Shown here piece after piece: positions 1-11,344 of a DNA stretch of 64,000 nucleotides. Below the pieces are notes generated by a model. The model had not been told where the DNA came from. It made no database searches and saw only the letters and a program-made list of their open reading frames with translations. Source of the DNA: Methylacidimicrobium fagopyrum (lineage in GTDB: Bacteria > Verrucomicrobiota > Verrucomicrobiia > Limisphaerales > UBA11358); assembly GCA_026225255.1 (NCBI GenBank), contig JAMFSJ010000043.1:23597-87596 (forward strand), written 5' to 3'. Numbering within the stretch: the first letter of the stretch is position 1; every line of letters begins with the position of its first letter. A program made the position numbers and the translations under genes.

Positions 1-62
1 GGGGCTAGCCCGGCGACCGGAACCATCGATGGCGCAGGTTTGTCAAAGGTAAAACCTATCCC

Positions 63-911
63 ATGAAATTTGACGAGCGACATCGGATTCGAGCCTTCAC
101 CCTCATTGAACTGCTGGTGGTCATCGCCATCATTGCCATTCTGGCGGCGCTGCTGCTGCCGGTTTTGGGCAAGGCCAAACAACGGGCGCAGACCGCCGGT
201 TGTCTCAATAATATGAAACAATTGCAGTTGGGCTACCAAATGTATGGCGATGACAATAATGATTATTTGCCGCCCAACGAAGCCATCCCTGATCTGGACG
301 CCTCCTGGGTCTTGGGCAACGCGCAAACTGACGTGACGACGACGAACATTCAAAACGGATTGATTTTTCATTATAACCAAAATGTTAAAATCTACGTTTG
401 CCCGGCGAACCGATTGATGATTCCCGATGGCAATGGCGGCTCTATGCCGCAGACGCGGACGTGTGCCGTTGATTTTGCGCTGGGTGGATACACCCCGCCA
501 ACCCTTGCTGCGGGCGGACAAGCCGTGGGTGGCGGCACGTTCAATGGTGTTACTACTCTGGCTAAATTCAGCCAAATCCAAGTCAGCAGCGGCGGCGTAT
601 CGCAAAAAATCGTGTTTGTGGATGAGGCCCAAAATGGCGTGGATGATGGCTGCTTTGGAATTTATCCGGAAAGTTCGGCGAACAATACTTGGTGGAACAT
701 TCCGGGCTGCCGGCACGACAGCAAAAGAGCCAGCACATTCACCTTTGCGGACGGGCACGCTGAGGTTTGGAGGTGGCACGGAAATGCGATCATTGCCGAT
801 AATTCGCTGACTTACTCTGATTTATGGAACACCCCCGCGCCGGCCGATCCGGACACCGGTCCGGGCAGTTCAGATGATTTGCGTCGGGTTCAAGCGGGCA
901 CGGTTCGCTGA
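63..911 (+). CDS. Prepilin-type N-terminal cleavage/methylation domain protein (pseudopilin-like, H-X9-DG-type C-terminus)
   Basis: N-terminus [24 protein letters not shown] is a classic type IV prepilin leader plus hydrophobic helix. C-terminal [11 protein letters not shown] resembles the H-X9-DG motif of the large Verrucomicrobia/Planctomycetes paralog family. Confidence 0.85.
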   Translation: MKFDERHRIRAFTLIELLVVIAIIAILAALLLPVLGKAKQRAQTAGCLNNMKQLQLGYQMYGDDNNDYLPPNEAIPDLDASWVLGNAQTDVTTTNIQNGLIFHYNQNVKIYVCPANRLMIPDGNGGSMPQTRTCAVDFALGGYTPPTLAAGGQAVGGGTFNGVTTLAKFSQIQVSSGGVSQKIVFVDEAQNGVDDGCFGIYPESSANNTWWNIPGCRHDSKRASTFTFADGHAEVWRWHGNAIIADNSLTYSDLWNTPAPADPDTGPGSSDDLRRVQAGTVR

Positions 912-1019
912 AAATTTCAAAGTTTCAAATTGCGGGAAAGCCAAGCTGCTAATTGACCAGCATTTGTCGTCGCGGGTGATGCCATAGCTAACCCGTAGGC
1001 GGGGCCTCAGTTTTCTACG

Positions 1020-2084
1020 TTATTTCCGCAACCGATAATCTCGCGGTGAACAGCCGAAGCGTTGCCGGAAACACGTGGCAAAATATTGGCTGGCGTTGAA
1101 ACCGTTTTGGTAGGCGATGTCGGTGATGGAAGTCGCGGGTTCGGCGCGGAGCTGACGCGCGGCGAATTCCAAGCGGCATTGATTAAGATATTCCATCGGG
1201 CCGGTGTTGACGAGTTCGCGGCAATATTTGGAAAACGCGGTCACGCCCATGCCGCAGTGTTCGGCCATGCGGTTGATGGTCCACAATTCGCGGCCGGTCG
1301 CCGGATTGATTTCCACTTCCCGCAAAAATAATTTCACCGTGCGCTGGCGCGAAGTCAGGTCGGAACTTTCGTGCGTTTGTTGTTCGGACAACGCATCGAG
1401 AATGTTCAGCAAAAGTTGATTCAAATGCGTGGCGAGCCGCGAGACGGCGTGCGGTTTGTCCCAAGCTTCCACGGTGCGCGCCAGTTCGCGGAAAGAATGG
1501 ATGATCGCGGGCGTGGCATGCCAGACGGGATTTTCGTTGTGCCGCAATTTTCGCGTCAGTTCAGCAAGATCGTCTTGGGTCAAAATCATCCACGCCGGCC
1601 AGTGCCAGTTCTGATGTGGACGTCGCACGCCGACATCGAGAATCAGCCAATGCAGGCGGCCCGGTCCGATGTTCGGCGCGCCCAGTTTGTGCGGTTGCCA
1701 GGGGCGGGTGATGGTGAATTGCCCGGCGCGCAGGTTGTGTTTTTTTCCATCGGCGGCAAACGCCATCGTGCCGGTTTCGAGAAACATGATTTCAATGCCT
1801 TCGTTGCGATGCGTATCCAGCCCCCAATCCTGCGCGCCGCCGGCGTTCCAAAAACCGATGCTGCTCAAGCCGGACAAAATGTTTTCCGGGACGGGCGTGC
1901 CGGGGTAATGACCTTTGGTGAGCGCGTGAAAAAGAATCTTGCCCGTTTCGATGGCGCGATTTTGTGGTTCGCAACGGTCAATCTCATACTGTGCACTGCG
2001 GGTCTGATACGTCGGCTTGGTGCTCACTGGATGTTCAATATTCTTCGCCGAACGATTTTGCAAGATTTCCTTGGGGAGAATCAT
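1020..2084 (-). CDS. AraC family transcriptional regulator (cupin-like sensor + HTH)
   Basis: C-terminal AraC-type HTH (ITDIAYQNGFNASQYFATCFRQRFGCSPRDYR). ATG 2084 lies 13 bp from the divergent fucosidase ATG; an internal GTG (Val20) is an alternative start. Confidence 0.85.
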   Translation of the reverse strand: MILPKEILQNRSAKNIEHPVSTKPTYQTRSAQYEIDRCEPQNRAIETGKILFHALTKGHYPGTPVPENILSGLSSIGFWNAGGAQDWGLDTHRNEGIEIMFLETGTMAFAADGKKHNLRAGQFTITRPWQPHKLGAPNIGPGRLHWLILDVGVRRPHQNWHWPAWMILTQDDLAELTRKLRHNENPVWHATPAIIHSFRELARTVEAWDKPHAVSRLATHLNQLLLNILDALSEQQTHESSDLTSRQRTVKLFLREVEINPATGRELWTINRMAEHCGMGVTAFSKYCRELVNTGPMEYLNQCRLEFAARQLRAEPATSITDIAYQNGFNASQYFATCFRQRFGCSPRDYRLRK

Positions 2085-2097
2085 TCATTATCGGAAC

Positions 2098-3792
2098 ATG
2101 ACCATGCGAACAATTTGGCGCGGTTGCTTGGGAGCAGGCGTAAATCTGCCCGTTTTCAGCGGCATAATTTTTTTGTGTCTGACCACGCTGGTTGCTGCCG
2201 CCGCAAATCCGCCAGATTTTCCCGCGGCGAATCCCGGTGCGCTGGAGCGTTGGCAATCCAATCGCTTTGGCATGTTCATCCATTTTGATCCGTGCAGTTT
2301 GACGGGACGGGAAATCAGTTGGAGCCGGGCCGGGGAACGGCGTGACTATGGTTCGGTGGTGAAAGAGGGAACGCCGGCGGCGGAATACGACGCGCTGTAT
2401 CAGCAGTTCAATCCGACGAATTTCAACGCCCGCACTTGGGTGGCGATCGCCAAATCGGCCGGCATGAAATACCTCGTCTTCACCGCGAAACATCACGACG
2501 GTTTTGCGATGTTCGATAGCAAGCTGACGGATTATTCGATCATGAACAGCCCGTTTCACCGCGATCTGTGTGCGGAACTCGCGGCGGCGTGTCATGACGC
2601 CGGTATTTCACTCGGCTTTTATTATTCGCCGCCCGACTGGCATCATCCTGATTTCTTCACCACCAACCACGCGGATTACATCAAATACATGCACGGGCAG
2701 GTTCGCGAACTATTGACCAACTACGGTCAAGTGGATGAATTATGGTTTGACACAACGGGTGGTAAAAACACGCCGGAAACTTGGGACAATAAAGATTTGT
2801 TCCCGATGATCCGCCAATTGCAGCCCAAAATCCTCGTCACCACCCGCGCCGGTGGCTGGGGCGATTTTGATACGCCGGAACAACGCATCGGCGGTTTTCA
2901 AAATAATTCGCCATGGGAAACGTGCATGACAATCTGCCAGCAATGGTCGTGGAAACCGAATGACCATTTGAAATCGCTTGCGCAATGTATTCAAACGCTG
3001 GTCTTGTGCGCGGGCGGCGATGGCAATTTGTTACTCAACGTCGGTCCGATGCCCAACGGCGAAATCGAGCCGCGTCAGGTTGCGCGCCTGCAAGAATTGG
3101 GCGTCTGGTTGGCGAAGAATGGTGAAAGCATTTATGGCACGCGCGGCGGTCCGTGGAAACCGACAAAAAATTTCGCCAGCACGCGCAAGGGTGATGCGAT
3201 TTACGTCCATACTTTTAGCGCGGCGGAAACGATCGAATTACCCGACCTCGCCGCCAAAGTAAAATCCGCCACGTTGCTCGGGGGCGATGAAATCAAATTT
3301 ACGCAACAGGATGGCAAGCTGACGCTCACCGTCCCGACCGCGGTGCGGGATGCGAATGACACCGTGATTAAGCTGACGCTGGCGGGCTCCGCGATGGATT
3401 TGCCGGTGTTAAAAATCCCCGCCACGGTCAAGGCCACGGCTTCGAATGTTTACCAAAATGATAATGAAAATTACGGTGCGCAACAGGCGTTTGACGGCGA
3501 TGAACAAACACGCTGGGCGACGGATGGAGACACCAAACAGGCGTGGGTTGCGGTGAATTTCCCGACGCCAAAAATAGTTCATCAAGTTCGGATTTCGGAA
3601 GCGTATGCCGGTCGCGTGCACAAATTTGAATTGCAGTATCGCCTGGGCAACGAGTGGAAAATGATTTTCACTGGCACAAAATTAGGTGAACATTTTCGCA
3701 AGTCATTTCCTGCGGTCACGGCGCAAGAATTTCGACTGAATATCCTCGACGCCACCGACGGGCCGACGATCAACGAAATTGAATTGCAGTAA
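2098..3792 (+). CDS. Alpha-L-fucosidase, GH29, with C-terminal F5/8 type C (discoidin-like) domain
   Basis: GH29-type segments FGMFIHFDP, KYLVFTAKHHDGFAMFDS, YYSPPDWH. Signal-peptide-like N-terminus from ATG 2098 (the track ORF starts upstream at 2017, inside the divergent gene). C-terminal FDGDEQTRWAT...INEIELQ is discoidin-like. Confidence 0.85.
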   Translation: MTMRTIWRGCLGAGVNLPVFSGIIFLCLTTLVAAAANPPDFPAANPGALERWQSNRFGMFIHFDPCSLTGREISWSRAGERRDYGSVVKEGTPAAEYDALYQQFNPTNFNARTWVAIAKSAGMKYLVFTAKHHDGFAMFDSKLTDYSIMNSPFHRDLCAELAAACHDAGISLGFYYSPPDWHHPDFFTTNHADYIKYMHGQVRELLTNYGQVDELWFDTTGGKNTPETWDNKDLFPMIRQLQPKILVTTRAGGWGDFDTPEQRIGGFQNNSPWETCMTICQQWSWKPNDHLKSLAQCIQTLVLCAGGDGNLLLNVGPMPNGEIEPRQVARLQELGVWLAKNGESIYGTRGGPWKPTKNFASTRKGDAIYVHTFSAAETIELPDLAAKVKSATLLGGDEIKFTQQDGKLTLTVPTAVRDANDTVIKLTLAGSAMDLPVLKIPATVKATASNVYQNDNENYGAQQAFDGDEQTRWATDGDTKQAWVAVNFPTPKIVHQVRISEAYAGRVHKFELQYRLGNEWKMIFTGTKLGEHFRKSFPAVTAQEFRLNILDATDGPTINEIELQ

Positions 3793-3802
3793 TAGTTCCC
3801 CG

Positions 3803-5581
3803 ATGAACAACTCGATGAGCCATTTGGACTGGGCGATCATTGCCGCATATTTATTGGTCGTGGTGGGCATTGGCGTGTTTGCTGGATTTCGTCGCAGCAA
3901 AAGTGCGGGTTCGGGTGGCCAATATTTTCTCGCGGATAATTCACTGAAATGGCCGGTCATCGGTCTGGCGATGTTCGCGGCGAATATCTCCACCGTTCAT
4001 CTGGTCAGCCTCGCGCAATCGGCTTACACCTCCGGTCTGCTCAACGGCAACTTCGAGTGGATGGCCGGTTTCACCTTGATCTTGCTCTCGCTGTTTTTCG
4101 CGCCGCTCTATCTGCGGGCAAAGGTGCCGACGCTGCCGGATTATCTGGAGCGTCGCTATAACCGCAACTGCCGCGACGCGCTCTCCTTCGTCTCGCTGAT
4201 CTCGGCCATCGTCATCCACATTGGTGTCGCGCTATTCACCGCTGCTGCCGTGTTGTGTTTCATTTTTGGCATTTCGGAGACCCAAACGATTCTCGGCATC
4301 AACGCCTTGATGTTCTTTATCATCGTGCTCGGTGTCTTGACGGGAATTTACACAGTTGTCGGCGGCTTGCTGGCGGTCGTGTGGACGGAAAGTATTCAAA
4401 CCGTTTTGCTGCTCATCGGCGCGATTTGCATCACGGTCGCGGGCTATCACGCGGTCGGCGGCTGGGAAGCATTGAACCATTTGCTTAACACGCAGCCGCA
4501 TCCGTTGCTGGGTAAAGAAGGTGGCGCAGAACTTTCCACGAAATCTTTTCTGCACATGCTGCACGTCAGTGGCGACAACACCGTCGTCGGCAATATCCCT
4601 TGGTATTCCGTGCTGCTCGGTTATCCCGTCATCGGCATCTGGTATTGGTGCTGCGATCAGACCATCGTCCAGCGCGTGCTCGCGGCGAAGGATGAAAAAC
4701 ACGCACGCCTTGGCCCCTTGTTCTGCGCGTTTTTGAAAATTCTGCCGGTATTTTTCTTCGTGTTGCCCGGCGTGCTGTGTGTCGCGTTGGTGCAGAAAAG
4801 TTATTTCGGCACGGAAGTCGTGAACGGCGTCACGCAAGCCATCGGGCCGCTCGCCTCCAAAGATACTTACGCCTTCATGCTCACACATCTGTTGCCGGTC
4901 GGACTCAAAGGCCTCGTCGTCGCCGCAATGTTAGCCGCTGCGATGCAGACCTGTTCCGCCGCGCTCAACTCTGCCGCGACGTTGTTCGCCTACGACATCT
5001 GGAAACGTTGGCGTCCGTCAACCGCCGACCGTAGCCTCGTAAGCGTTGGACGCTGGACGACCGTGGTGGCCACGATTTTGGCCATTGTGCTCTCGCCATT
5101 GTTCGGTCATTACGACACGATTTTTCAAGGGCTCAACACGTTGATCTGCTACATCGCGCCGCCGATCACCGCCGTATTTCTCGTGGGCGTATTTTGGAAA
5201 AAAGCCGGTGGCCGGGCGGCCTTTATCACGATGGTTTTTGGCGGGTTACTCGGTGCCGCGTGTTTCTTGCTCGGTTTTTTCAAAGATAAAATTGCGAGTA
5301 AGGAAGCCATCGTTGCGTCGCCCGTGCTCAATTTTATTTACAACACTTGCCTCGCGGATTTCATGCTCGCGTCGTTCGGTTTATTTTGCATTTGCGTGAC
5401 CGTGCAAGTCATCGCCTCGCTCGCGTTGCGCGAACCGTTAAAGGCCGGCGCGGAAACGTTGATCTGGGAAAATTGGACCGCGCCATTACGCGTCAAATGC
5501 GGTTCGGGCTGGTCGGATTATCGTTTCATGTCCGCGCTGGTGCTGATCATTTTTGTGACGCTCTATTTTATTTTTCGTTAA
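3803..5581 (+). CDS. Sodium:solute symporter family (SSF) transporter
   Basis: Polytopic membrane protein with SSF-like segments ([26 protein letters not shown]; [19 protein letters not shown]). The track start 3779 is TTG; I used the first ATG at 3803 (3815 is also possible). Confidence 0.85.
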   Translation: MNNSMSHLDWAIIAAYLLVVVGIGVFAGFRRSKSAGSGGQYFLADNSLKWPVIGLAMFAANISTVHLVSLAQSAYTSGLLNGNFEWMAGFTLILLSLFFAPLYLRAKVPTLPDYLERRYNRNCRDALSFVSLISAIVIHIGVALFTAAAVLCFIFGISETQTILGINALMFFIIVLGVLTGIYTVVGGLLAVVWTESIQTVLLLIGAICITVAGYHAVGGWEALNHLLNTQPHPLLGKEGGAELSTKSFLHMLHVSGDNTVVGNIPWYSVLLGYPVIGIWYWCCDQTIVQRVLAAKDEKHARLGPLFCAFLKILPVFFFVLPGVLCVALVQKSYFGTEVVNGVTQAIGPLASKDTYAFMLTHLLPVGLKGLVVAAMLAAAMQTCSAALNSAATLFAYDIWKRWRPSTADRSLVSVGRWTTVVATILAIVLSPLFGHYDTIFQGLNTLICYIAPPITAVFLVGVFWKKAGGRAAFITMVFGGLLGAACFLLGFFKDKIASKEAIVASPVLNFIYNTCLADFMLASFGLFCICVTVQVIASLALREPLKAGAETLIWENWTAPLRVKCGSGWSDYRFMSALVLIIFVTLYFIFR

Positions 5582-5583
5582 CC

Positions 5584-8013
5584 ATGATTTTTCGTTTTAA
5601 AAAAATCGTTATCCGGCTGCTGGCGGTGAGTGGCGCATGCTTTACGCTAACCGCCTGCGCCGACGAACCGCGGCTGTGGTTCGCTCACCCCGCGGCAAAT
5701 TGGAACGAAGCGTTGCCGCTCGGCAATGGACGTTTGGGCGCGATGGTTTTTGGCGGCGTGGCGAAAGAACGTTTGCAACTCAATGAAGACAGTCTCTGGG
5801 CGGGTTGTCCGGTGGAAGCGTATCCCACCGATTTTTCGAATCAATTGGCCGTCGTGCGCCAGTTGATTTTCGCCGGCAAAAATGCTGAGGCCAACGCTTA
5901 CGGACTCGAACATCTCACCGCCATGCCGACGTGTTTTCGTTCCTACCAGCCGCTGGGCGATTTGTGGTTGGATTTTGGCGGCGCGGAAACGAACATGCTT
6001 TACCGGCGCGAATTGCGCTTGGCCGATGGGCTGTCGCGCGTCAGCTATCGCCGCGGCGATGCCACCATCGTGCGCGAAGCTTTTATCTCTGCGCCGGACA
6101 ATGTGCTGGTGCTGCGCGTGACGACGGACCGACCGGGCACGCTTGATTTCAAAGTGAACCTCACGCGCGAACTTAATGCCAGTGTGACGGCCACCACAAA
6201 CGGCAGCTTGCAACTCGACGGCCAGGTTATGGACGTGGAAAATGAGGATGGCGGTCACGCCGGCAAGCCCGGCGGCCAGGGGCCCGGCGGCGCACACATG
6301 AAATTCGCCGGACGCTTGCTGGCGCGAGTGGAAGGTGGAACCGTTTTGGCCGAAGACAACCAGCTTCATATCAAAGGCGCGACCGAGGCCATGCTTATTT
6401 TTACCGCCGCGACGGATTACAATCTGGCCAAACTCAACTTCGACCGCGCGATTGACCCGGTAAAAACCTGTGACGCAATCCTCGCCCACGTTGCGAAAAA
6501 AACGTGGGCGCAATTACTCGCCACGCATCTCGCTGAACATCGGGCTATGTTCAACCGCGTTTCGGTCCAGCTGGGCACGCCCGATCCGGCGTTGGAAAAC
6601 CTGCCGACGGACGCGCGCCTCGCCGCGCTTCGCAAAGGTGGCGATGATCCCGGTCTCGTGGCGTTGCATTTCCAATTCGGACGTTATTTGCTGATGAGCA
6701 GTTCACGTCGTCCCGCGCCGTTGCCGGCGAATTTACAGGGCATTTGGAACGATAAATTGCCGGCCCCATGGCAGTCGGATTATCACCTGAACATCAATTT
6801 GGAAATGAATTACTGGCCCGCCGGCGTGGCTAATCTGGCGGAAACCGTCGACCCGTTGATGGACTGGTTTGAACTGTTGACGCAGCGCGGCCAGGAATCT
6901 GCGAAAAAATTATATGGTGTGGACGGTTGGGTGGCATATCTCGCCACGAATCCGTTTGGCCGCACTTCGCCCAGCGCGTCCACGCTCGCATCGCAATTTA
7001 TCAATTCCTCGATCGAACCGCTCTGCGGCACGTGGATGGCGGCGGAGTTGTTTGATTTCTATCAGTTCACCGGCGACCGGAAATTTTTGCAACGGCTCTA
7101 TCCCATTTTGCGCGGCGCTTCCGAATTTGTTTTGGACACGCTCGTGACCGCGCCGGATGGCACGCTCGTCATCGCACCATCCACGTCGCCGGAGAATAGC
7201 TACCTTGATCCGGAAACTAAACAGCATCTTCGCATCACGTCCGGTTCGACGTTTCACATGAGTTTGGTGCGGGCGATTTTTGACGCAACAGATCGCGCGG
7301 CGGCGATTCTCGGCACGGACGAACCCATGCGGCAACGCATTGCGGCGGCGCGCGCCAAACTGGCGCCGATCAAGATCGGTGCGGACGGGCGCATTCTTGA
7401 ATGGGCCGAACCGTATGCGGAAACCGAGCCGGGCCATCGCCATAATTCGCACATTATCGGCCTGCATCCCTTCGATCAAATTACTCCCGCCACCCCGGAA
7501 CTATTCGCCGCCGCACGCAAGTCGCTCGAATATCGTCTCGCTCATGGCGGCGGTGGCACCGGCTGGAGCCGCGCTTGGATGATCAATCTGTTTGCGCGTT
7601 TGCAAGATGGCGAAGCCGCGCGATCGCACTATATGACGTTGCTCCGCCGCAGCACGCTGCCCGATATGTTCGACAATTGCCCGCCGTTCCAGATTGACGG
7701 TAATTTCGGTGGCTGTGCGGGTCTGGCGGAAATGCTGTTGCAAAGCCACGAACGCGTGCCCGGTTCCGGGCCGGCTGATCAACAATTCATTTTGCACCTG
7801 CTGCCCGCGTTGCCCAAGGAATGGGCCAGCGGCTCGGTCAAGGGATTGCGCGCCCGGGGAAATTTCACCGTGGACATCGCTTGGAAAGACGGGCTGGTCA
7901 CAGAATATCACATCACTTCAACAGAACCGCGTGAAGTAAAAGTGCTCGTCAATGGTGCGGTCAAAAACATCATGGCCGAGCGCCAGACCACCGCCAACGG
8001 CCCCGTGAACTAA
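5584..8013 (+). CDS. Glycoside hydrolase family 95 (alpha-L-fucosidase type), lipoprotein signal
   Basis: GH95-type segments [48 protein letters not shown]. The start [25 protein letters not shown] at ATG 5584 has a lipobox-like LTAC. The track ORF extension from 5347 overlaps the transporter gene. Confidence 0.85.
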   Translation: MIFRFKKIVIRLLAVSGACFTLTACADEPRLWFAHPAANWNEALPLGNGRLGAMVFGGVAKERLQLNEDSLWAGCPVEAYPTDFSNQLAVVRQLIFAGKNAEANAYGLEHLTAMPTCFRSYQPLGDLWLDFGGAETNMLYRRELRLADGLSRVSYRRGDATIVREAFISAPDNVLVLRVTTDRPGTLDFKVNLTRELNASVTATTNGSLQLDGQVMDVENEDGGHAGKPGGQGPGGAHMKFAGRLLARVEGGTVLAEDNQLHIKGATEAMLIFTAATDYNLAKLNFDRAIDPVKTCDAILAHVAKKTWAQLLATHLAEHRAMFNRVSVQLGTPDPALENLPTDARLAALRKGGDDPGLVALHFQFGRYLLMSSSRRPAPLPANLQGIWNDKLPAPWQSDYHLNINLEMNYWPAGVANLAETVDPLMDWFELLTQRGQESAKKLYGVDGWVAYLATNPFGRTSPSASTLASQFINSSIEPLCGTWMAAELFDFYQFTGDRKFLQRLYPILRGASEFVLDTLVTAPDGTLVIAPSTSPENSYLDPETKQHLRITSGSTFHMSLVRAIFDATDRAAAILGTDEPMRQRIAAARAKLAPIKIGADGRILEWAEPYAETEPGHRHNSHIIGLHPFDQITPATPELFAAARKSLEYRLAHGGGGTGWSRAWMINLFARLQDGEAARSHYMTLLRRSTLPDMFDNCPPFQIDGNFGGCAGLAEMLLQSHERVPGSGPADQQFILHLLPALPKEWASGSVKGLRARGNFTVDIAWKDGLVTEYHITSTEPREVKVLVNGAVKNIMAERQTTANGPVN

Positions 8014-8023
8014 ACTTACAATC

Positions 8024-8440
8024 ATGAAACAATTACTTTGTCTCCTTGCCCTCGTTTACTTGACCGGCTGTGCGACGCAACCATCGGCGCAGCAAAATTC
8101 TCCACAACGCTATTGTTGGGTCACCGGTTTGAAACCGGATCAAGCCGCGCACTATGAAGATTTACACGCGCACATTTGGCCGGGCGTAAACAAGATGATC
8201 AAGTCGTGTCACATCCAAAATTTTTCCATCCACGAACGCGAAATCAACGGCCAGTTATATCTCTTCGCGTATCTCGAATACACCGGCACGAACTTTGACG
8301 CCGACATGGCGCGCATGGCCGCGGATCCCGAAACCGTTCACTGGTGGAAAGAAACCGATCCGTGCCAATCGCCGTTGCCCGATGCGGCGGCGAAAGGGAA
8401 AATCTGGTCGGACACCAAAGAAGTTTATTTCCTCAAATGA
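8024..8440 (+). CDS. L-rhamnose mutarotase (RhaM/YiiL) family protein with lipoprotein-type signal
   Basis: The core aligns by eye with E. coli RhaM architecture (HAHIWPGV, NFSIH, LYLFAYLEY, VHWWKETDPCQ, EVYFL). The N-terminus MKQLLCLLALVYLTGC is a signal peptide plus lipobox. Confidence 0.7.
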   Translation: MKQLLCLLALVYLTGCATQPSAQQNSPQRYCWVTGLKPDQAAHYEDLHAHIWPGVNKMIKSCHIQNFSIHEREINGQLYLFAYLEYTGTNFDADMARMAADPETVHWWKETDPCQSPLPDAAAKGKIWSDTKEVYFLK

Positions 8441-9210
8441 ATTTGTTGCTTCAAGATAAAGTAATTTTTCTCACCGGCGGTTCGTGCGGCATCGGTCGGG
8501 ATTGTGCGAAGGCCTACGCAGCTGAAGGGGCGAAAGTGGTCATCGTCGCCCGTGATCCTGACGGCGTTGAAAAAGTCGCCGCCGAACTGGGTGCCGACCA
8601 TCTTGGGATCGTCTGCGATGTGACGCGGGATGCTGAAGTAAAAGCGGCGGTGGAAAAAACCTTGGCGCGCTACGGAAAAATTAACGCCGTGCACAACAAC
8701 GCTGGCATTGCGTCGCCCTCCAAGGCGATTCACGAAACCACCGACGCCGAGTGGGACGCGCTATTTAATGTGAATCTAAAAGGCGTTCTGCACACCACGC
8801 GCCATGCTTATGCCGCGCTGCTCGCGAGCAAAGGTTGCATTCTCAACACCTCCAGCCTCGTCGGCGTGATCGGCCAGGAAATTCACGCCGCTTACACTGC
8901 GACGAAAGGCGGTATGAATGCATTGACCAAATCCATGGCGTTGGATTATGCCAAGCAAGGCATCCGCGTGAACGCCGTTTGTCCCGCTGGCGTGTGGACG
9001 CCCATGCTCCGCGAATGGTGCGGCGAGCAACCTGATCCTGCCTCCATCGAACACTATCTCAACGAAATTCATCCGCTCGGTTATTGCCCGGAAAGCGATG
9101 TCATCGCCGACGCGTGCGTTTTTTTACTCTCGGAAAAAGCGCGCTTCATCACCGGTCACATCATGAACGTCAGCGGCGGCGCGGAACTGGGTTATCGTCG
9201 TAATATTTAA
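8437..9210 (+). CDS. SDR family oxidoreductase (candidate L-fucose dehydrogenase or 2-keto-3-deoxy-L-fuconate dehydrogenase)
   Basis: TGGSCGIGR cofactor motif and YTATKGG (Y-x-x-x-K). ATG 8437 overlaps the upstream stop (ATGA). Confidence 0.85.
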   Translation: MNLLLQDKVIFLTGGSCGIGRDCAKAYAAEGAKVVIVARDPDGVEKVAAELGADHLGIVCDVTRDAEVKAAVEKTLARYGKINAVHNNAGIASPSKAIHETTDAEWDALFNVNLKGVLHTTRHAYAALLASKGCILNTSSLVGVIGQEIHAAYTATKGGMNALTKSMALDYAKQGIRVNAVCPAGVWTPMLREWCGEQPDPASIEHYLNEIHPLGYCPESDVIADACVFLLSEKARFITGHIMNVSGGAELGYRRNI

Positions 9211-9213
9211 TTT

Positions 9214-10437
9214 ATGATTAAAAAAATCTCCACGCGCGATGCGCGGTTTCCGATCGGTCACGGTCACGGCAGCGACGCGATTCACAACGATCCGATCTAT
9301 TCCTACGCCGTCACGGAATTGCACGATGACAAAGGCCGCATTGGGATTGGTCTCGCGTTCACGCTCGGTGAAGGCAACCAACTCGTTTGCGAAGCCGCCC
9401 GTTTCTACGCGCAACGGCTCGTCGGCAAATCCATCGAAGAAATCATGGCGAACTTCGGTGCGTTGCAACATGCGATGGCCGATGAACAACAATTCCGCTG
9501 GCTCGGGCCGCACAAGGGCATCGTGCAACTCGCGCTCGCCTCCGTCACGAATGCCTGCTGGGATTTGTGGGCGAAAACGCGCGGGGTGCCGTTGTGGAAA
9601 TTGTTACTCGACCTCACGCCGGAACAAGTTATCGCCACGCTCGATCTTTCGTATCTCGAAGACGAACTCACTGCGGCGTCGGCGTTGAAAATTGTTCAGG
9701 AACATCAACCGACTCGCAGCGCGCGCGAAGGGATTTTAAAAGCCGGTTATCCCGGTTACGACACGTCCGTTGGTTGGTTCAACTATGACGACGCGCAAGT
9801 CCGTGAAAATTGCAAACGCGCCATTGCCGCTGGTTTCACCGCGATGAAACTCAAAGTCGGCTCGCGCGATGCCGAACGCGATTTGCGCCGCGCACACATC
9901 GTCCGCGAAGTTGCCGGTGACAAAGCCCGCGTGATGGTGGACGCGAATCAGCAATGGACGTTGCCGCAGGCGCTGGACATTTGCCAAAAACTACGCGCGA
10001 TGAATCCATTTTGGATCGAAGAGCCAACGCATCCCGATGATGTGACTGGCCATAAAACCTTGGCCGATGCCATCGCGCCGCTAAAACTCGCACTCGGCGA
10101 ACATGTCCCGAACCGCGTCGTTTTCAAAAATTATCTGCAAGCCAAGTGCGCCGGGTTTATTCAAGTGGATGCCGTGCGCGTCGCGGGCGTGAGCGAATTT
10201 CTTGCGGTCAGTTTGTTGTCGCGTAAGTTTGGCGTTCCGGTTGTGCCACACGTTGGCGACATGGGACAATTGCATCAACATCTTGTGCTGTTCAATCACA
10301 TCGGGCTTGGTCACGACGCCATCTTTCTCGAACACATCCCGCACCTGCGCGAACATTTTATTCATCCGTGCAAAGTCGAAGGCGGTGTCTATCAAACGCC
10401 GCAGGAGATTGGTTCGAGTTGTGATCTGAAACCGTGA
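9214..10437 (+). CDS. fucD: L-fuconate dehydratase (enolase superfamily, mandelate racemase subgroup)
   Basis: Strong by-eye similarity along the whole length to characterised Xanthomonas FucD (QFRWLGPHKG, CWDLWAK, LTPEQV, DANQQW, WIEEPTHPDDV, GEHVPNRVVFK, IQVDAVRVAGVSE). Confidence 0.8.
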   Translation: MIKKISTRDARFPIGHGHGSDAIHNDPIYSYAVTELHDDKGRIGIGLAFTLGEGNQLVCEAARFYAQRLVGKSIEEIMANFGALQHAMADEQQFRWLGPHKGIVQLALASVTNACWDLWAKTRGVPLWKLLLDLTPEQVIATLDLSYLEDELTAASALKIVQEHQPTRSAREGILKAGYPGYDTSVGWFNYDDAQVRENCKRAIAAGFTAMKLKVGSRDAERDLRRAHIVREVAGDKARVMVDANQQWTLPQALDICQKLRAMNPFWIEEPTHPDDVTGHKTLADAIAPLKLALGEHVPNRVVFKNYLQAKCAGFIQVDAVRVAGVSEFLAVSLLSRKFGVPVVPHVGDMGQLHQHLVLFNHIGLGHDAIFLEHIPHLREHFIHPCKVEGGVYQTPQEIGSSCDLKP

Positions 10438-10438
10438 A

Positions 10439-11344
10439 TTACCGGTCAGCCCGGCCCGGCATTTCAGGTTGCTTTCGATAAGTCTGCGGTGATTTGCCGA
10501 AAACTTTGTGGAAGACCAGCCGAAAATGTTCGTCGCTGCGGAAGCCGGCGCGGTGGACGATATGTTTGATGGGCAGCATGGTTTCCTGCAGCAATTTGGC
10601 GGCGCGGGAGACGCGGCAGAATTGAATCTCATCCAACACACTTCGGCCGGTAGCAGCTTTGAAACGCCGGTCCAAGGTTCGTCGAGCGATTTTCACCTTC
10701 TCCGCCACCGCCGGCACGTCCACCGCGTCGTGGCTGTAATTCCAGATGTATTCCACGGCGGTTTTGACCAGTTCATCCGGCAGTCCGCTTTCATTGCTGG
10801 CGGTGCCGACGGGTTGATCCCGCAGAAAATGAGCCAGTAATCCGCCGGCCTGCAGGGAATAATTGGCCGAGTTGGCCGACGGTTGTTGATGGATGCTAGC
10901 GAGCAGATGTTCGAACTGGGCGCGGAATAGTTTTTTATGCTCAATGACCGGGATGTTTTTTTCCAAACGAAAAGCATCGCGATGAAGCCAGTGCAGGGGG
11001 CGGTCGCCATTAAAATGAATCCACATCAGCGTCCAGCCGGTTTTGGTGGAAGGGCGGTGACGATGCCATTCGCCGGGCCGGAATAAAAAAGCATCGCCCG
11101 CGCCGAGGTGCTGGCGATGTTCGCGGGTTTCAAATTCTCCGCTGCCGGCAACATTCAAGGCCAGACAAAATTCCGGGAGCGTCCGGCCTTCCCGCCATTC
11201 AAAATAAAAAATCGGCGCGTCTCGCGTAGGATAGCGTTCACCCGGCAGGATTTTTTCCCAGCCCGCATGCGTCAGATAAAACGGCTCATGGAACAAGGCT
11301 TCATTCACTGGCAGCGCATGGCGGAATGGTTGCGTCAGGCTCAT
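10439..11344 (-). CDS. AraC family transcriptional regulator
   Basis: C-terminal AraC HTH (LPIKHIVHRAGFRSDEHFRLVFHKVFGKSPQTYRK) and an N-terminal cupin-like region. Confidence 0.85.
   Translation of the reverse strand: MSLTQPFRHALPVNEALFHEPFYLTHAGWEKILPGERYPTRDAPIFYFEWREGRTLPEFCLALNVAGSGEFETREHRQHLGAGDAFLFRPGEWHRHRPSTKTGWTLMWIHFNGDRPLHWLHRDAFRLEKNIPVIEHKKLFRAQFEHLLASIHQQPSANSANYSLQAGGLLAHFLRDQPVGTASNESGLPDELVKTAVEYIWNYSHDAVDVPAVAEKVKIARRTLDRRFKAATGRSVLDEIQFCRVSRAAKLLQETMLPIKHIVHRAGFRSDEHFRLVFHKVFGKSPQTYRKQPEMPGRADR

Noticed and set aside
1371-2288. Long antisense or overlapping ORFs in the six-frame track (for example 1371-2288, 5647-6513, 17493-18347, 23794-24813, 30092-30826, 40395-41216, 51583-52350).
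   Set aside because: Each lies opposite a gene with clear family motifs. Their translations are Arg/Gly/Ala-rich low-complexity sequence with no recognisable motif, which is typical of shadow ORFs in GC-rich coding DNA.
5347-5583. N-terminal extensions in the track (GH95 from 5347, SDR from 8344, GreA-like from 53448, ppx to 45837, porin to 48290, fabG to 22028).
   Set aside because: The extensions overlap neighbouring genes or translate repeat DNA. Internal ATGs give proper signal peptides or canonical family N-termini, some with stop/start overlap coupling.
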